Source of the DNA: an uncultured virus (IMG/VR IMGVR_UViG_3300001919_000065)
Taxonomy: Duplodnaviria > Heunggongvirae > Uroviricota > Caudoviricetes
Direction: 5' to 3' (one strand)
Length of the DNA stretch: 64,000 nucleotides
IMG/VR virus record: IMGVR_UViG_3300001919_000065
The notes under the pieces are model-generated. The model saw only the letters and a program-made list of their open reading frames with translations. It did not search any database and was not told the origin of the DNA. The position numbers and the translations under genes were made by a program. Below are positions 29,036 through 37,241 of the stretch, one piece after another (within the stretch, counting starts at the first letter, position 1; each line of letters begins with the position of its first letter).

Positions 29036-29089
29036 GGCGGCAAGGTAATTCCTTGCCGCCATGTTATCATTTGGGGTTTAACGGGTCAA
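29031..29089 (-). promoter_or_regulatory. promoter plus start-codon-sequestering hairpin
   Basis: TTGACC-N17-TAACAT; perfect 15-bp inverted repeat 29031-29045/29051-29065. Confidence 0.75.
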
Positions 29090-29102
29090 GAAAATTCCCC
29101 TC

Positions 29103-29861
29103 TTATTTCCTTGACAACAGAGTTAGGGCGTAAGCATGTCGCGCATCACATCGGTTCATCCAGCCCGTAAGGAACTTTTCCTTCACCGGATTGGCCTTCA
29201 CAATGGAGCGATAGCGGGCACGACAAGCACGGTCCAGCAAATCGAGGACTGCCATTTCCTCCCGTGATAGAATGACGTCCGTCCATTCGGCTTGGGTATT
29301 CTTACCCCACTTACCATCAATACCAATGTCGAGCATGCGCTGGACGACCTTAGTCGTTCCCGCCACGCCCATGTTGAAGGTCATGTCACGAAGCATGAAC
29401 TCAATGGCGTAGCTTCCTGCAACTCCCTTGGCAACTAGTGGTTCCGTATTGGCGAGAACATAGCGGAGGCATTCCTCCCATGCCGCATCCCTGTCGCCCC
29501 GGTCCAGCATGGATTTGATTAGATTGAATTCCTTGGGTTCAATCCCATCACAGATACCTGCAATCTCCCACTTGCCACCGCCGTCACCAGAGGGGAGGCG
29601 AGTTACGCGCAGAGAATCGGGACCTGTAATCTTGTAGTCCTCCATGTTGAGAATCTTCTTGGCCATGCCCTTGCGGACAAGCTCGGCCGGGGACACGTAT
29701 GCCGCGGATACCGGGGAATCGTTGGGTTGTTCATCAGGTACCGTGGATTCCGTGGGTTGTATCTTCTTCCATATAGCATCAATGGTCTTATCACCAAGGA
29801 TACCGTCGGGCGTAGTTCCCGCCCACTTCTGTATTTCCTTTATCTTATCTTTCCTTGTCAT
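29103..29861 (-). CDS. endolysin (GH108-like lysozyme with peptidoglycan-binding motifs)
   Basis: IQKWAG..PDGILG..T, DGGG...AGI, D.TFNMG...QRML...DGKWG..T, KFL.GW.NR. Confidence 0.8.
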   Translation of the reverse strand: MTRKDKIKEIQKWAGTTPDGILGDKTIDAIWKKIQPTESTVPDEQPNDSPVSAAYVSPAELVRKGMAKKILNMEDYKITGPDSLRVTRLPSGDGGGKWEIAGICDGIEPKEFNLIKSMLDRGDRDAAWEECLRYVLANTEPLVAKGVAGSYAIEFMLRDMTFNMGVAGTTKVVQRMLDIGIDGKWGKNTQAEWTDVILSREEMAVLDLLDRACRARYRSIVKANPVKEKFLTGWMNRCDARHAYALTLLSRK

Positions 29862-30306
29862 TAGTTTTTTCTACTTTGATTCCATCAGAGGTTAGCTTCC
29901 CCAATGAGATTTGAAGGTTAATAATGTTCGCCATCGACTGGGCAATTTCTCTGGCCCAGCTTTCGAAATGAAGAGTGCCCAATGGGGTGGCAATGTCCGT
30001 GAGAATGGTGGCAATAGCGTCCCCATTCATGGACACCCTCACGGCATCCGAGAATTCTTCTACCTTGGCTTTCGCGGGTAAGTGGTCGATTTCGTACCAC
30101 ATAACATCCTGTATCTCTTCGTCTTCATCATCCGCTTGGGGATATTGGACACGAACGACACCAGCAACATCCTCGTCGGACACTACCCGAAGGATAGACC
30201 CTGTTGGGATGCTATCCCCACACATGCCACATCTCCCCGTATCTATCCGAAGAACAACGTCGCCACACTTGAAACGGGATTTAACTTTTCCGGGTTCTAC
30301 TTTCAT
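29845..30306 (-). CDS. SH3/KOW-like domain protein
   Basis: RFKCGDVV.RIDTGR; paralog of 30281-30718. Confidence 0.7.
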   Translation of the reverse strand: MKVEPGKVKSRFKCGDVVLRIDTGRCGMCGDSIPTGSILRVVSDEDVAGVVRVQYPQADDEDEEIQDVMWYEIDHLPAKAKVEEFSDAVRVSMNGDAIATILTDIATPLGTLHFESWAREIAQSMANIINLQISLGKLTSDGIKVEKTNDKER

Positions 30307-30718
30307 TTTCGTTTTTGGTTTTGTTTATATCCGGTAATATGACATGCTCGTTGAGGTCTTCAACAATACACTTGGCCCAGCCCTCTACTTCCCAGCACAT
30401 ATCGACCTCTTGGTCGCCCAGCTTATATCTGGTAGGTATGCGGAGAACGGGCTGATAGTTGAAGAGGATGATAGCCTCGTCCCGTGTGTATCGGACGAAA
30501 ACTTCATGTTCGGTCTCTTCCACTAGCTCAAACTCATAGAAGGGGAACCGCTTATGTGTCCCATCCACGGTCTTGACAAGGATGCGACGGTCCATACCTT
30601 CCTCTTCTTGGACGTATACTAGGGAACCCTCCGCTAAACTCTCACGTATTTCTGGATGCCTTCCGGTGTCGATGAACCGAACAAGGTCCCCCTTTTTGAA
30701 TTTGCGTTTGTTAGTCAT
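30281..30718 (-). CDS. SH3/KOW-like domain protein
   Basis: KFKKGDLVRFIDTGR; start re-called to ATG 30718. Confidence 0.7.
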   Translation of the reverse strand: MTNKRKFKKGDLVRFIDTGRHPEIRESLAEGSLVYVQEEEGMDRRILVKTVDGTHKRFPFYEFELVEETEHEVFVRYTRDEAIILFNYQPVLRIPTRYKLGDQEVDMCWEVEGWAKCIVEDLNEHVILPDINKTKNENESRTRKS

Positions 30719-30968
30719 TGAAGATTGGTTGTTCCTTTTCGACGAAGGTAATCCCCGTGTCGGATTCTTCCGTCGTGCATTTCTTAATCTTGTCCCGAAG
30801 TTCGATTGCCATTTCGAGGGCGAAGTCTCTTGTCGGAAGTCCCTTCTCATCCTCATTCCTGTGATAGGGGAACATGGCAATACGGTAGTTTCGATGAATC
30901 ACCGCAATGATTCCTGCTCGCGGGTATTCCATTAAGAAGGTTTCCAGCAGGTATTTATCGTTGGTCAT
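30711..30968 (-). CDS. tandem paralog family, copy 7
   Basis: G...V......A.F.Y......G..TRD.A pattern; start 30968. Confidence 0.75.
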   Translation of the reverse strand: MTNDKYLLETFLMEYPRAGIIAVIHRNYRIAMFPYHRNEDEKGLPTRDFALEMAIELRDKIKKCTTEESDTGITFVEKEQPIFND

Positions 30969-31203
30969 TGTTGTTCCTTTCCCGTTTAAGTAGTTTGAAT
31001 CCTTTTTCGGTTTCGATAATCGTGCTCTTCTCAATTTTGTGGGCAATCTTCGTTGCCAGTTTCTTTGCCGCGTCTCGCGTCATGAAGCCCCGTTCGTCCC
31101 ACTCTGTGCAGTAGAAAAATTGGGCAACGGCAATCCCATCATATTCCACTTCGAACCCGCCGAGCATTTTATTCTCGAAAATTCTTACTTTGTCGTTGGT
31201 CAT
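30955..31203 (-). CDS. tandem paralog family, copy 6
   Basis: FFYCTE..ERGFMTRDAAKKLA. Confidence 0.8.
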   Translation of the reverse strand: MTNDKVRIFENKMLGGFEVEYDGIAVAQFFYCTEWDERGFMTRDAAKKLATKIAHKIEKSTIIETEKGFKLLKRERNNNDQR

Positions 31204-31429
31204 TGTTGTTCCTTTTAAGTTTAAATCCTTTTTTGGTTTTGATGGTCATACTATTTTCAATTTTGCGGACTAGCTTCTCGGTCAGCTTCTTGGCTTGCTT
31301 CTTGGTGAAATGTCCTTCCTCGCCTTCCGTGCAATAGTAAAAGGTGGCAACGCAACGGTTTTCAAGCAGGACCCAGAAAAATCCGGTAACGGGGTCATCT
31401 ACGACGGTAATATTTAGAGTGTCAGTCAT
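31169..31429 (-). CDS. tandem paralog family, copy 5
   Basis: FYYCTEGEEGHFTKKQAKKL; start 31429. Confidence 0.8.
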   Translation of the reverse strand: MTDTLNITVVDDPVTGFFWVLLENRCVATFYYCTEGEEGHFTKKQAKKLTEKLVRKIENSMTIKTKKGFKLKRNNNDQRQSKNFRE

Positions 31430-31658
31430 CGATGTTGTTCCTTTCCAATTTGATTCCCTTTTCGGTTTCGATAATCGTGCTCTTCTCAATTTTGCGGGCG
31501 AGCTTGTTGGCTAGTTTCTTAGCTTGCTTCTTGGTGAAGAAGCCACTTTCATCTTCCCCGCAATAGTTGAAAATGGCGACGCAACTTCCTCTGTGCATGA
31601 CACGGAACATTCCGCTAGTAGGGCAGTCACAAATATAGGTATCTGAATCGTTATTCAT
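31422..31658 (-). CDS. tandem paralog family, copy 4
   Basis: FNYCGEDESGFFTKKQAKKLA; start 31658. Confidence 0.8.
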   Translation of the reverse strand: MNNDSDTYICDCPTSGMFRVMHRGSCVAIFNYCGEDESGFFTKKQAKKLANKLARKIEKSTIIETEKGIKLERNNIDD

Positions 31659-31890
31659 CGATGTTGAAAATGATTTGGTTAAGTGATACTCCCTCGATGG
31701 TACAAACTGTCCCTCTGCTAACGATGTAGCGGGCAATCTTCGTTGCCAGTTTCTTTGCGGAATCTCGTGTCATATATCCTTGTTCACCAGAGCCAGTGCA
31801 GTAAAGAAAATCTGCAATGACACTTCCACAGTGAGTTACTCGGAAGAATCCAAATCCTTTGTCTTCTAAAATAGCTACTTTGTCATTCAT
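31651..31890 (-). CDS. tandem paralog family, copy 3
   Basis: FLYCTGSGEQGYMTRDSAKKLA. Confidence 0.8.
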   Translation of the reverse strand: MNDKVAILEDKGFGFFRVTHCGSVIADFLYCTGSGEQGYMTRDSAKKLATKIARYIVSRGTVCTIEGVSLNQIIFNIDE

Positions 31891-31893
31891 GAT

Positions 31894-32142
31894 TTATTCG
31901 TCTTGGATTGTACAGTCTGTCGGGTAAAGGTCAATGCCCCTTTCTGTCATAACAGGATTCGCGTGGATGAGATGGCGAGCAACCATCTTCGCCATTTCTA
32001 TAGCCCTTTCGCGCGTGGGATAACACTGTTCCTTCTCGTCTCCCTCCCGACAATAGTTAAAGATGGCAAAGGTATCTCCCTCATATTTCACCTTGAGGAT
32101 TCCTACTCTCTTATTATCTACAATACTAATCTCGTTGGTCAT
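31894..32142 (-). CDS. tandem paralog family, copy 2
   Basis: FNYCREGDE..CYPTRERA. Confidence 0.8.
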   Translation of the reverse strand: MTNEISIVDNKRVGILKVKYEGDTFAIFNYCREGDEKEQCYPTRERAIEMAKMVARHLIHANPVMTERGIDLYPTDCTIQDE

Positions 32143-32387
32143 GATTCTTGGATTGGAGTGTGTTTAGGAAATAGGCTAATGCCATCCGTAGTTTGGACTG
32201 CGTTATAGCCAAAAAGGTTACGAACAAAGCCACGGGCTATTTCCAATGCGCTATCTCGGGTAAGATATTGGACTTTATCCTCGTCTCCATTGTCATCACA
32301 ATAGAAGACTTCCACCAGAGTTGCTCTTCTATACTTTACCTGAATAATCCCCATTTCGGGGTAGTCAATAATTGTTGTCTTTTCCAT
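32139..32387 (-). CDS. tandem paralog family, copy 1
   Basis: VFYCDDNGDE..YLTRDSA. Confidence 0.8.
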   Translation of the reverse strand: MEKTTIIDYPEMGIIQVKYRRATLVEVFYCDDNGDEDKVQYLTRDSALEIARGFVRNLFGYNAVQTTDGISLFPKHTPIQES

Positions 32388-32391
32388 TTGT

Positions 32392-32901
32392 CTATGCGTT
32401 TGCGGTTTCTATTTTTAAGGTGTCGCCGGGAATGGCAATCTCCCAACAGAAGGAGGCGATGAAATCGTTGCGAAGAGTTACCTCTTCTCCGACTTTATAC
32501 CATCCATCTGGAAGGAGATAATCCCTCTTCATATCAATGGCGGCTCCTGCCTCTATTGGTTCCAACGCCATGAAACGGTAGTCCCATTCGTCGCTCTCGG
32601 TCTTGAACGATTGCAGGATGAACCAAGGGGTAACGTCGGCGGCTTCATCCCCATCTTCGGTTTCCTCCCCAGTAGGCGTTCCTACGACGCGGGCACAATA
32701 ACCGTTCCTCATGTTCTCCAAGGCAACACCGAAGGGCAGGTTGAAGTGAGAGAGGGAATAGGCAATAACGCCCCATGTCAAGGACCGGGCGCGGGAGCAA
32801 ACCCCGTCAAGCCGTGGAAGTACCGTGGCTATTACTTCGGGGTTGCTCTCCGGGCCGTCAGAGCAGAGGAAAAATTCTCGGACGCGAGTTGTTGTGGGCA
32901 T
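32392..32901 (-). CDS. DUF2829/Tad2-like protein
   Basis: LPFGVALENMRNGYCAR and C-terminal NDFIASFCWEI resemble FG.ALE..K.G...AR / D.LA.DW. Confidence 0.5.
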   Translation of the reverse strand: MPTTTRVREFFLCSDGPESNPEVIATVLPRLDGVCSRARSLTWGVIAYSLSHFNLPFGVALENMRNGYCARVVGTPTGEETEDGDEAADVTPWFILQSFKTESDEWDYRFMALEPIEAGAAIDMKRDYLLPDGWYKVGEEVTLRNDFIASFCWEIAIPGDTLKIETANA

Positions 32902-32906
32902 AGGTT

Positions 32907-33281
32907 CTATTTGCTGTAGTTATTCAGTAGGCCGTAAATCTTTTGAGCTTCCTGCTCGAAGTCCTCGGCCAGTTTCCTTAGCGCGGGTTCATTCCCGGCA
33001 ACGGTGTAAAGGTAGGGAACGAGGTCCCGCAGGATGACGCTTTCGTACATGGCAATGCACGCGGCAGTAGTATCGGGCAACATGGGGCGCAACGACATGG
33101 GCTTTACCGTCCAGTCGCGGCCATGTAATCCGAGATAGGTTTCAATGAAACTGTCGGCAATGCCGCCCAATTCTTCTACCGCATCATCGTATCGTTCATG
33201 GTGGAATCCCTCCCTTGTCTGGTAATGGAGGACCTTCAATACGGGGTAGAGTTGCAGGATGTGGGATAAATCTAATTGCAT
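32907..33281 (-). CDS. ferritin/Dps-like four-helix protein (DUF5856-like)
   Basis: LKVLHYQT...HH..YD....L....DSFIETY.G.HGR. Confidence 0.75.
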   Translation of the reverse strand: MQLDLSHILQLYPVLKVLHYQTREGFHHERYDDAVEELGGIADSFIETYLGLHGRDWTVKPMSLRPMLPDTTAACIAMYESVILRDLVPYLYTVAGNEPALRKLAEDFEQEAQKIYGLLNNYSK

Positions 33282-33283
33282 GG

Positions 33284-33736
33284 TTAGATGATTTGAAGTG
33301 TGAAGGGGAAGGTGCGGGTCCAGTCAACCGTATTGGAGAACTCAACAGTCATCCAGTAGGTCCCGGCAGGATATTCGTCAGAATCTAATTCAAAGATGTC
33401 CGTAGGAAGGGTAACGGTATCAGCAGTGCCTCCGGGTTTCACCGAGGACGTCATGCCAGACGCGACTGTCTTCCATACAGGCAAGGCTCCAGCGTTGAGC
33501 GGGGCTAACTGAATCTTCCATGTAAAGGGGTTTGACGGGGAGACGTTGCCAAGAAGAGCAGAGGCATGGGAGAAATTAAACCGGAGGTCTCCCTTAAATC
33601 CTGCACCGAGAGGGAGGATGAGAGAGGACATTCCATGCTGAACTTCCAACGTGGGATTTACGCTTACCTGTTCATAGTTCGCCTTGCGAATGAACTGTCC
33701 GAGGCTTCCGTCAAAATATAATTGGTTCGTGTTCAT
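33284..33736 (-). CDS. beta-rich hypothetical (possibly virion) protein
   Basis: 150 aa; candidate promoter TTGACA-N17-TAATCT at 33748-33776. Confidence 0.65.
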   Translation of the reverse strand: MNTNQLYFDGSLGQFIRKANYEQVSVNPTLEVQHGMSSLILPLGAGFKGDLRFNFSHASALLGNVSPSNPFTWKIQLAPLNAGALPVWKTVASGMTSSVKPGGTADTVTLPTDIFELDSDEYPAGTYWMTVEFSNTVDWTRTFPFTLQII

Positions 33737-33750
33737 GGTGTGAATGAAGA

Positions 33751-34416
33751 TTAAATATTGTGTTTGGGTTTGTCAACCATAATCTGCACGCGGCGCGGAT
33801 AATCCGCGGAGCATGGAGCGGTGCTTGCGCTCTTTTCCCAGCCGCGTTTCACGGCAATGTCGAGAACCTCCTTGTCGTATTGGTAGTCGAGGCTCACTCC
33901 GAAGTGTCCAGCGAACGCGTCATGATAGACATAATAGATACTTCTCATTTTCTTAATGGCTTTCAGGTCGCTATCGTGCCGGAACCCCCACACACTACCA
34001 TCAACTATGCTGGTCCATGCAGGGTAGTCTTCGATGTTCGTCCGCTTCATTCCCATGTATGCGGAGATGAAGATGACATCCTTTTCGGTAGCTATCTGGC
34101 TAGCCATGACGTCGAGAAGGTCCGCTTCGCGCACCGGGCATTGAGTATTGAGCACCATGATGTCCCTTCCCGCATGCTCTGCGGCGATGGAGAGGATGGC
34201 TTCATCGGGCGTGTCAGGGACGCGGGCAACGTTCAGCCCCTCCGCTTTGGCCCATGAAAGAACGCCAAGGTCCTCGGACATGACGGTAATGCGCTCGCCG
34301 GGGATGTGCAGGGATTTAAGATAATTGACCGTGTAATGGATTAGGTTTGATTCCCTCTCCGGCCAATGAAGGGAGGGGTTATACGCGCTAATGATGTAAT
34401 GGAAGTTATTGTCCAT
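33751..34416 (-). CDS. divergent NeuA/CMP-sugar cytidylyltransferase-like protein
   Basis: LIHYTV..L, ITVMSED...L.WA...G, MVLNTQCPVRE..LLD, DGSVW, SLDY..D follow NeuA/KdsB motifs; leaderless promoter TTGACC-N16-TATGAT at 34424-34451. Confidence 0.6.
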   Translation of the reverse strand: MDNNFHYIISAYNPSLHWPERESNLIHYTVNYLKSLHIPGERITVMSEDLGVLSWAKAEGLNVARVPDTPDEAILSIAAEHAGRDIMVLNTQCPVREADLLDVMASQIATEKDVIFISAYMGMKRTNIEDYPAWTSIVDGSVWGFRHDSDLKAIKKMRSIYYVYHDAFAGHFGVSLDYQYDKEVLDIAVKRGWEKSASTAPCSADYPRRVQIMVDKPKHNI

Positions 34417-34464
34417 GCCCGTCATCATACACAGGAGAAGATTCTGGTCAAGAAATTTTTAATT

Positions 34465-34554
34465 GGTATGACACAACCGCACACGCTAGTGGGTATGACA
34501 CAACGAAGGAACCCACGGAACCCATTGTGACCATTTGGCCGTGGGTTCCGTGGG
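34465..34554. repeat. 13-bp direct repeats plus 13-bp inverted repeat
   Basis: GGTATGACACAAC at 34465 and 34492; CCCACGGAACCCA/TGGGTTCCGTGGG at 34512-34524/34542-34554. Confidence 0.9.
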
Positions 34555-34611
34555 CACGAAGGGGTCCAAGAATCGCGTGTAGCAAATCACCCGGAGGGTT
34601 GGTCAGCTATA

Positions 34612-35415
34612 TCACAATGTCGTGAAGGTTATTCCCTTGAAGAAGTTGGTAAGTTCGTTAATCTCCGGAGGCATTATCTCTGGCACCCATGAATAATAGG
34701 AGGCGTTACATTCGACGGGAACGTCTCCTATCATGGTGCTCCATGTGACTAGCCGCTGTGGCATGACCGTAACTTCGTCTTTCTTATATATCTTTGGCCG
34801 CCCAAGACGCCCCGATATATTGAAGAGTTCCCAGTAGCCGTTGCTCTTCTTCCGTTCGTACTGCACACCGACGGTCACAATGTAGTCTAGATATACTGCA
34901 CCCGTTTCCTTCTCTATGTACCAATAATTGGAGAGAAGGGAAGTGGCATAGGAGAGATTGCTATCCTGCCCGTATAGGAAGCCGTTGTCATAGTAGGGCC
35001 AGTCACGGGCTTCATCCAGCGTGACATAATGAGGTGTCCATTCCTGTCCTTCGTGCCATGCTTCCCATAGCATTCGGTCATAGACACGATGGTCTTCGTG
35101 GGCTAAATGGGTTCCAATGATTCCATCCCGGCCCGGAAGCTTCCCCGGAATCTCCGGGTACTTGGCTCCTTTCAATGTGTTGAATACCTTCCATGCGTCC
35201 ATGATGTTTTGGCACTTAATCCCCGGATGATAAATCGAACCCGGTGTAATGGAATAGGCCATGTTTAGAGGGGCGGGAACCCCTCGAACTGTCGGGCCTT
35301 CTGTATCATATGCCCAGAGTTCAAAATACGGGTGCACGGTACTTCCATACTTGCTCATCTGTGCGTTGATGTTTTGCGTGGGGTCCGACGTGGGGAGTAA
35401 AAGGTGAGACTTCAT
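34612..35415 (-). CDS. hypothetical (probable tail-associated) protein
   Basis: 267 aa; ATGA-coupled to upstream gene. Confidence 0.65.
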   Translation of the reverse strand: MKSHLLLPTSDPTQNINAQMSKYGSTVHPYFELWAYDTEGPTVRGVPAPLNMAYSITPGSIYHPGIKCQNIMDAWKVFNTLKGAKYPEIPGKLPGRDGIIGTHLAHEDHRVYDRMLWEAWHEGQEWTPHYVTLDEARDWPYYDNGFLYGQDSNLSYATSLLSNYWYIEKETGAVYLDYIVTVGVQYERKKSNGYWELFNISGRLGRPKIYKKDEVTVMPQRLVTWSTMIGDVPVECNASYYSWVPEIMPPEINELTNFFKGITFTTL

Positions 35416-36443
35416 GGTGCTACGGTACTTACTTCTGCATATTGCCCAACACGTCCGCTTACTCCATCCACGTAGCCACTATACCAGACGGCGGCCAGTC
35501 CAGTATTGACCAGCTGGGATTTCACGGTTGCGTCAAGACTATTGTCCTGCGGGTTTCGCGTTACTGTCAGGATGGCAATCGCGCATTTGCTCTTACCCGT
35601 TCCCTCGGCACTCTCAATCGGAGTGATTACCTCCTTACCATCCCACGGCTTATCATCAACAACCAGCTTGGCGTTCGTCACGGTATTGGCGGGCCAAGTG
35701 TATTCCCATTCAAGGAGTACGGGAAGTTCACCGTCGGTTACGATTTCCTTCTTAGCCGCCCCGTCTTTGAACCCGTCAATCTCCACCTTCTTCCGTTCGG
35801 TATCGCGGAAACCGCCCGGCTCGATAACTGCGTAGGTATGCCAGTTCTTGTTTGCGTCCTGCTCCTTAGTCGTCGTGACCTTGTATGGGAACTTGCCGCC
35901 ACCGCCGCCACCTCCAATGAAGATAGCACCTCGGTGAAGTTGCTGGATATATCCGTTCCTGCCCTTGCTCATCCTCGCAATGGGGACGGAGAAGTCCGCG
36001 CTGGTATCTTTCTTGCTACTTACCGTAGAAGATTTGCGGTCACTCTTTACGTTTACGTACCAGATAATATCCTTATCCAATGGTGCCTTCTCTCCACTAT
36101 CCACTGCCTTCAACGTCCCCGGCACACCACCAATTTCATGCACCTCATTATCATCAATGACAACACCGCAGGTGTACATGACCTTTGCGTTAGGCCCGGA
36201 ATCCTCTGGGTCATACACGACGGAGAACATGCTCTCTTCCCGGTTGCGCATGAGGGGGTCATCATTATATACCGGGGTATGGAACACTCCTATGTCGCTC
36301 TCACCGTATACTGGGGCAATCGGGTCCGGCATTGAATCAAATGGCGGGGCCTCATTAAACATCTCCGTACCCACGGGAACCGAGGGTACGGGATGATTAA
36401 AGAGGTCAGGAGCTTGTGGAATCTCGCTGTACTCTTCTGCCAT
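35412..36443 (-). CDS. probable tail/structural protein
   Basis: Two similar beta modules joined by a Gly6 linker. Confidence 0.6.
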   Translation of the reverse strand: MAEEYSEIPQAPDLFNHPVPSVPVGTEMFNEAPPFDSMPDPIAPVYGESDIGVFHTPVYNDDPLMRNREESMFSVVYDPEDSGPNAKVMYTCGVVIDDNEVHEIGGVPGTLKAVDSGEKAPLDKDIIWYVNVKSDRKSSTVSSKKDTSADFSVPIARMSKGRNGYIQQLHRGAIFIGGGGGGGKFPYKVTTTKEQDANKNWHTYAVIEPGGFRDTERKKVEIDGFKDGAAKKEIVTDGELPVLLEWEYTWPANTVTNAKLVVDDKPWDGKEVITPIESAEGTGKSKCAIAILTVTRNPQDNSLDATVKSQLVNTGLAAVWYSGYVDGVSGRVGQYAEVSTVAP

Positions 36444-36444
36444 A

Positions 36445-36879
36445 TTATTTGCAGTATTCTTTGGAGGGAATTACTACCGGACCTGCATCCGTCTTGGGCT
36501 GTTCCTGCGTAAAGGTCAACCTTCCGGGACTAACGATTACACAGGATTCTCCATTGCAGATAACTGCGCGGTCCTTACTCACATCCGCGTAGGTGCAACT
36601 ACTCTGCCCCAACGCTCCAAACATGGCTAAAGCTCCAAGGGCGGCACTAATAATCCCGGAGATGATAGTCTTGTACTTGCTGGGTACGCCAAGCTGGACA
36701 CAGTACTTCGCCGTCAGCTGGGCAAAGATGTCAGCCTCTCCCTTGATTAGTTTGCCCGCCATGTTCATGTAGGGCTTCTTCTTTACCGCGGTGAGCTGGT
36801 CCCACGGGGTTGGAAGTTCAGCCATGCTATAGAGCTTGGCCGCGACTTCTGCCTGTTCATCGAGATTGTTCTTTTCCAT
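36445..36879 (-). CDS. membrane/lipoprotein-like protein (possible spanin or holin accessory)
   Basis: TM helix followed by GQSSC; C.....C beta-hairpin C-terminus. Confidence 0.5.
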   Translation of the reverse strand: MEKNNLDEQAEVAAKLYSMAELPTPWDQLTAVKKKPYMNMAGKLIKGEADIFAQLTAKYCVQLGVPSKYKTIISGIISAALGALAMFGALGQSSCTYADVSKDRAVICNGESCVIVSPGRLTFTQEQPKTDAGPVVIPSKEYCK

Positions 36880-36887
36880 GTTGTTGA

Positions 36888-37241
36888 TTAGATTGTTTGT
36901 GGCCGGAAGATGTCACGACAGAAAGTGATACCTTTCGGAGTTAGTTTACTTTTAGTTTGTTTCCTCGACCCCCTCACTCCCTCGTATTCAATATACCCTT
37001 TTTCTTCCAGCTTGCGCAGGACATAGTAGAGAGATGATATCTGGATGCGAGTACCCCTGCTAATTTCCGGGTTACTATGCTCACTCTCAAATCCATTGGC
37101 GTGCATGTACAGAAGAACACGTATGTTATCAATGGTGAGGGAGAAGTCAAGGAGGTCGATATTCAGAAGGAGACCGAGCAAGGTTTGTTGATTGCTCTGG
37201 CCCTTCTGCACTGTTCTGGTTGTGGAGTAGGTCGTTCTCAT
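36888..37241 (-). CDS. winged-helix DNA-binding protein (MarR/PadR-like)
   Basis: EISRGT.I..SSLYYVLRKLEEKGYI..LTPKG. Confidence 0.8.
   Translation of the reverse strand: MRTTYSTTRTVQKGQSNQQTLLGLLLNIDLLDFSLTIDNIRVLLYMHANGFESEHSNPEISRGTRIQISSLYYVLRKLEEKGYIEYEGVRGSRKQTKSKLTPKGITFCRDIFRPQTI

Noticed and set aside
30955..31758. DGR template/variable repeat pair
   Set aside because: The shared tracts are short and identical rather than adenine-mutated, and no reverse transcriptase is in the window.
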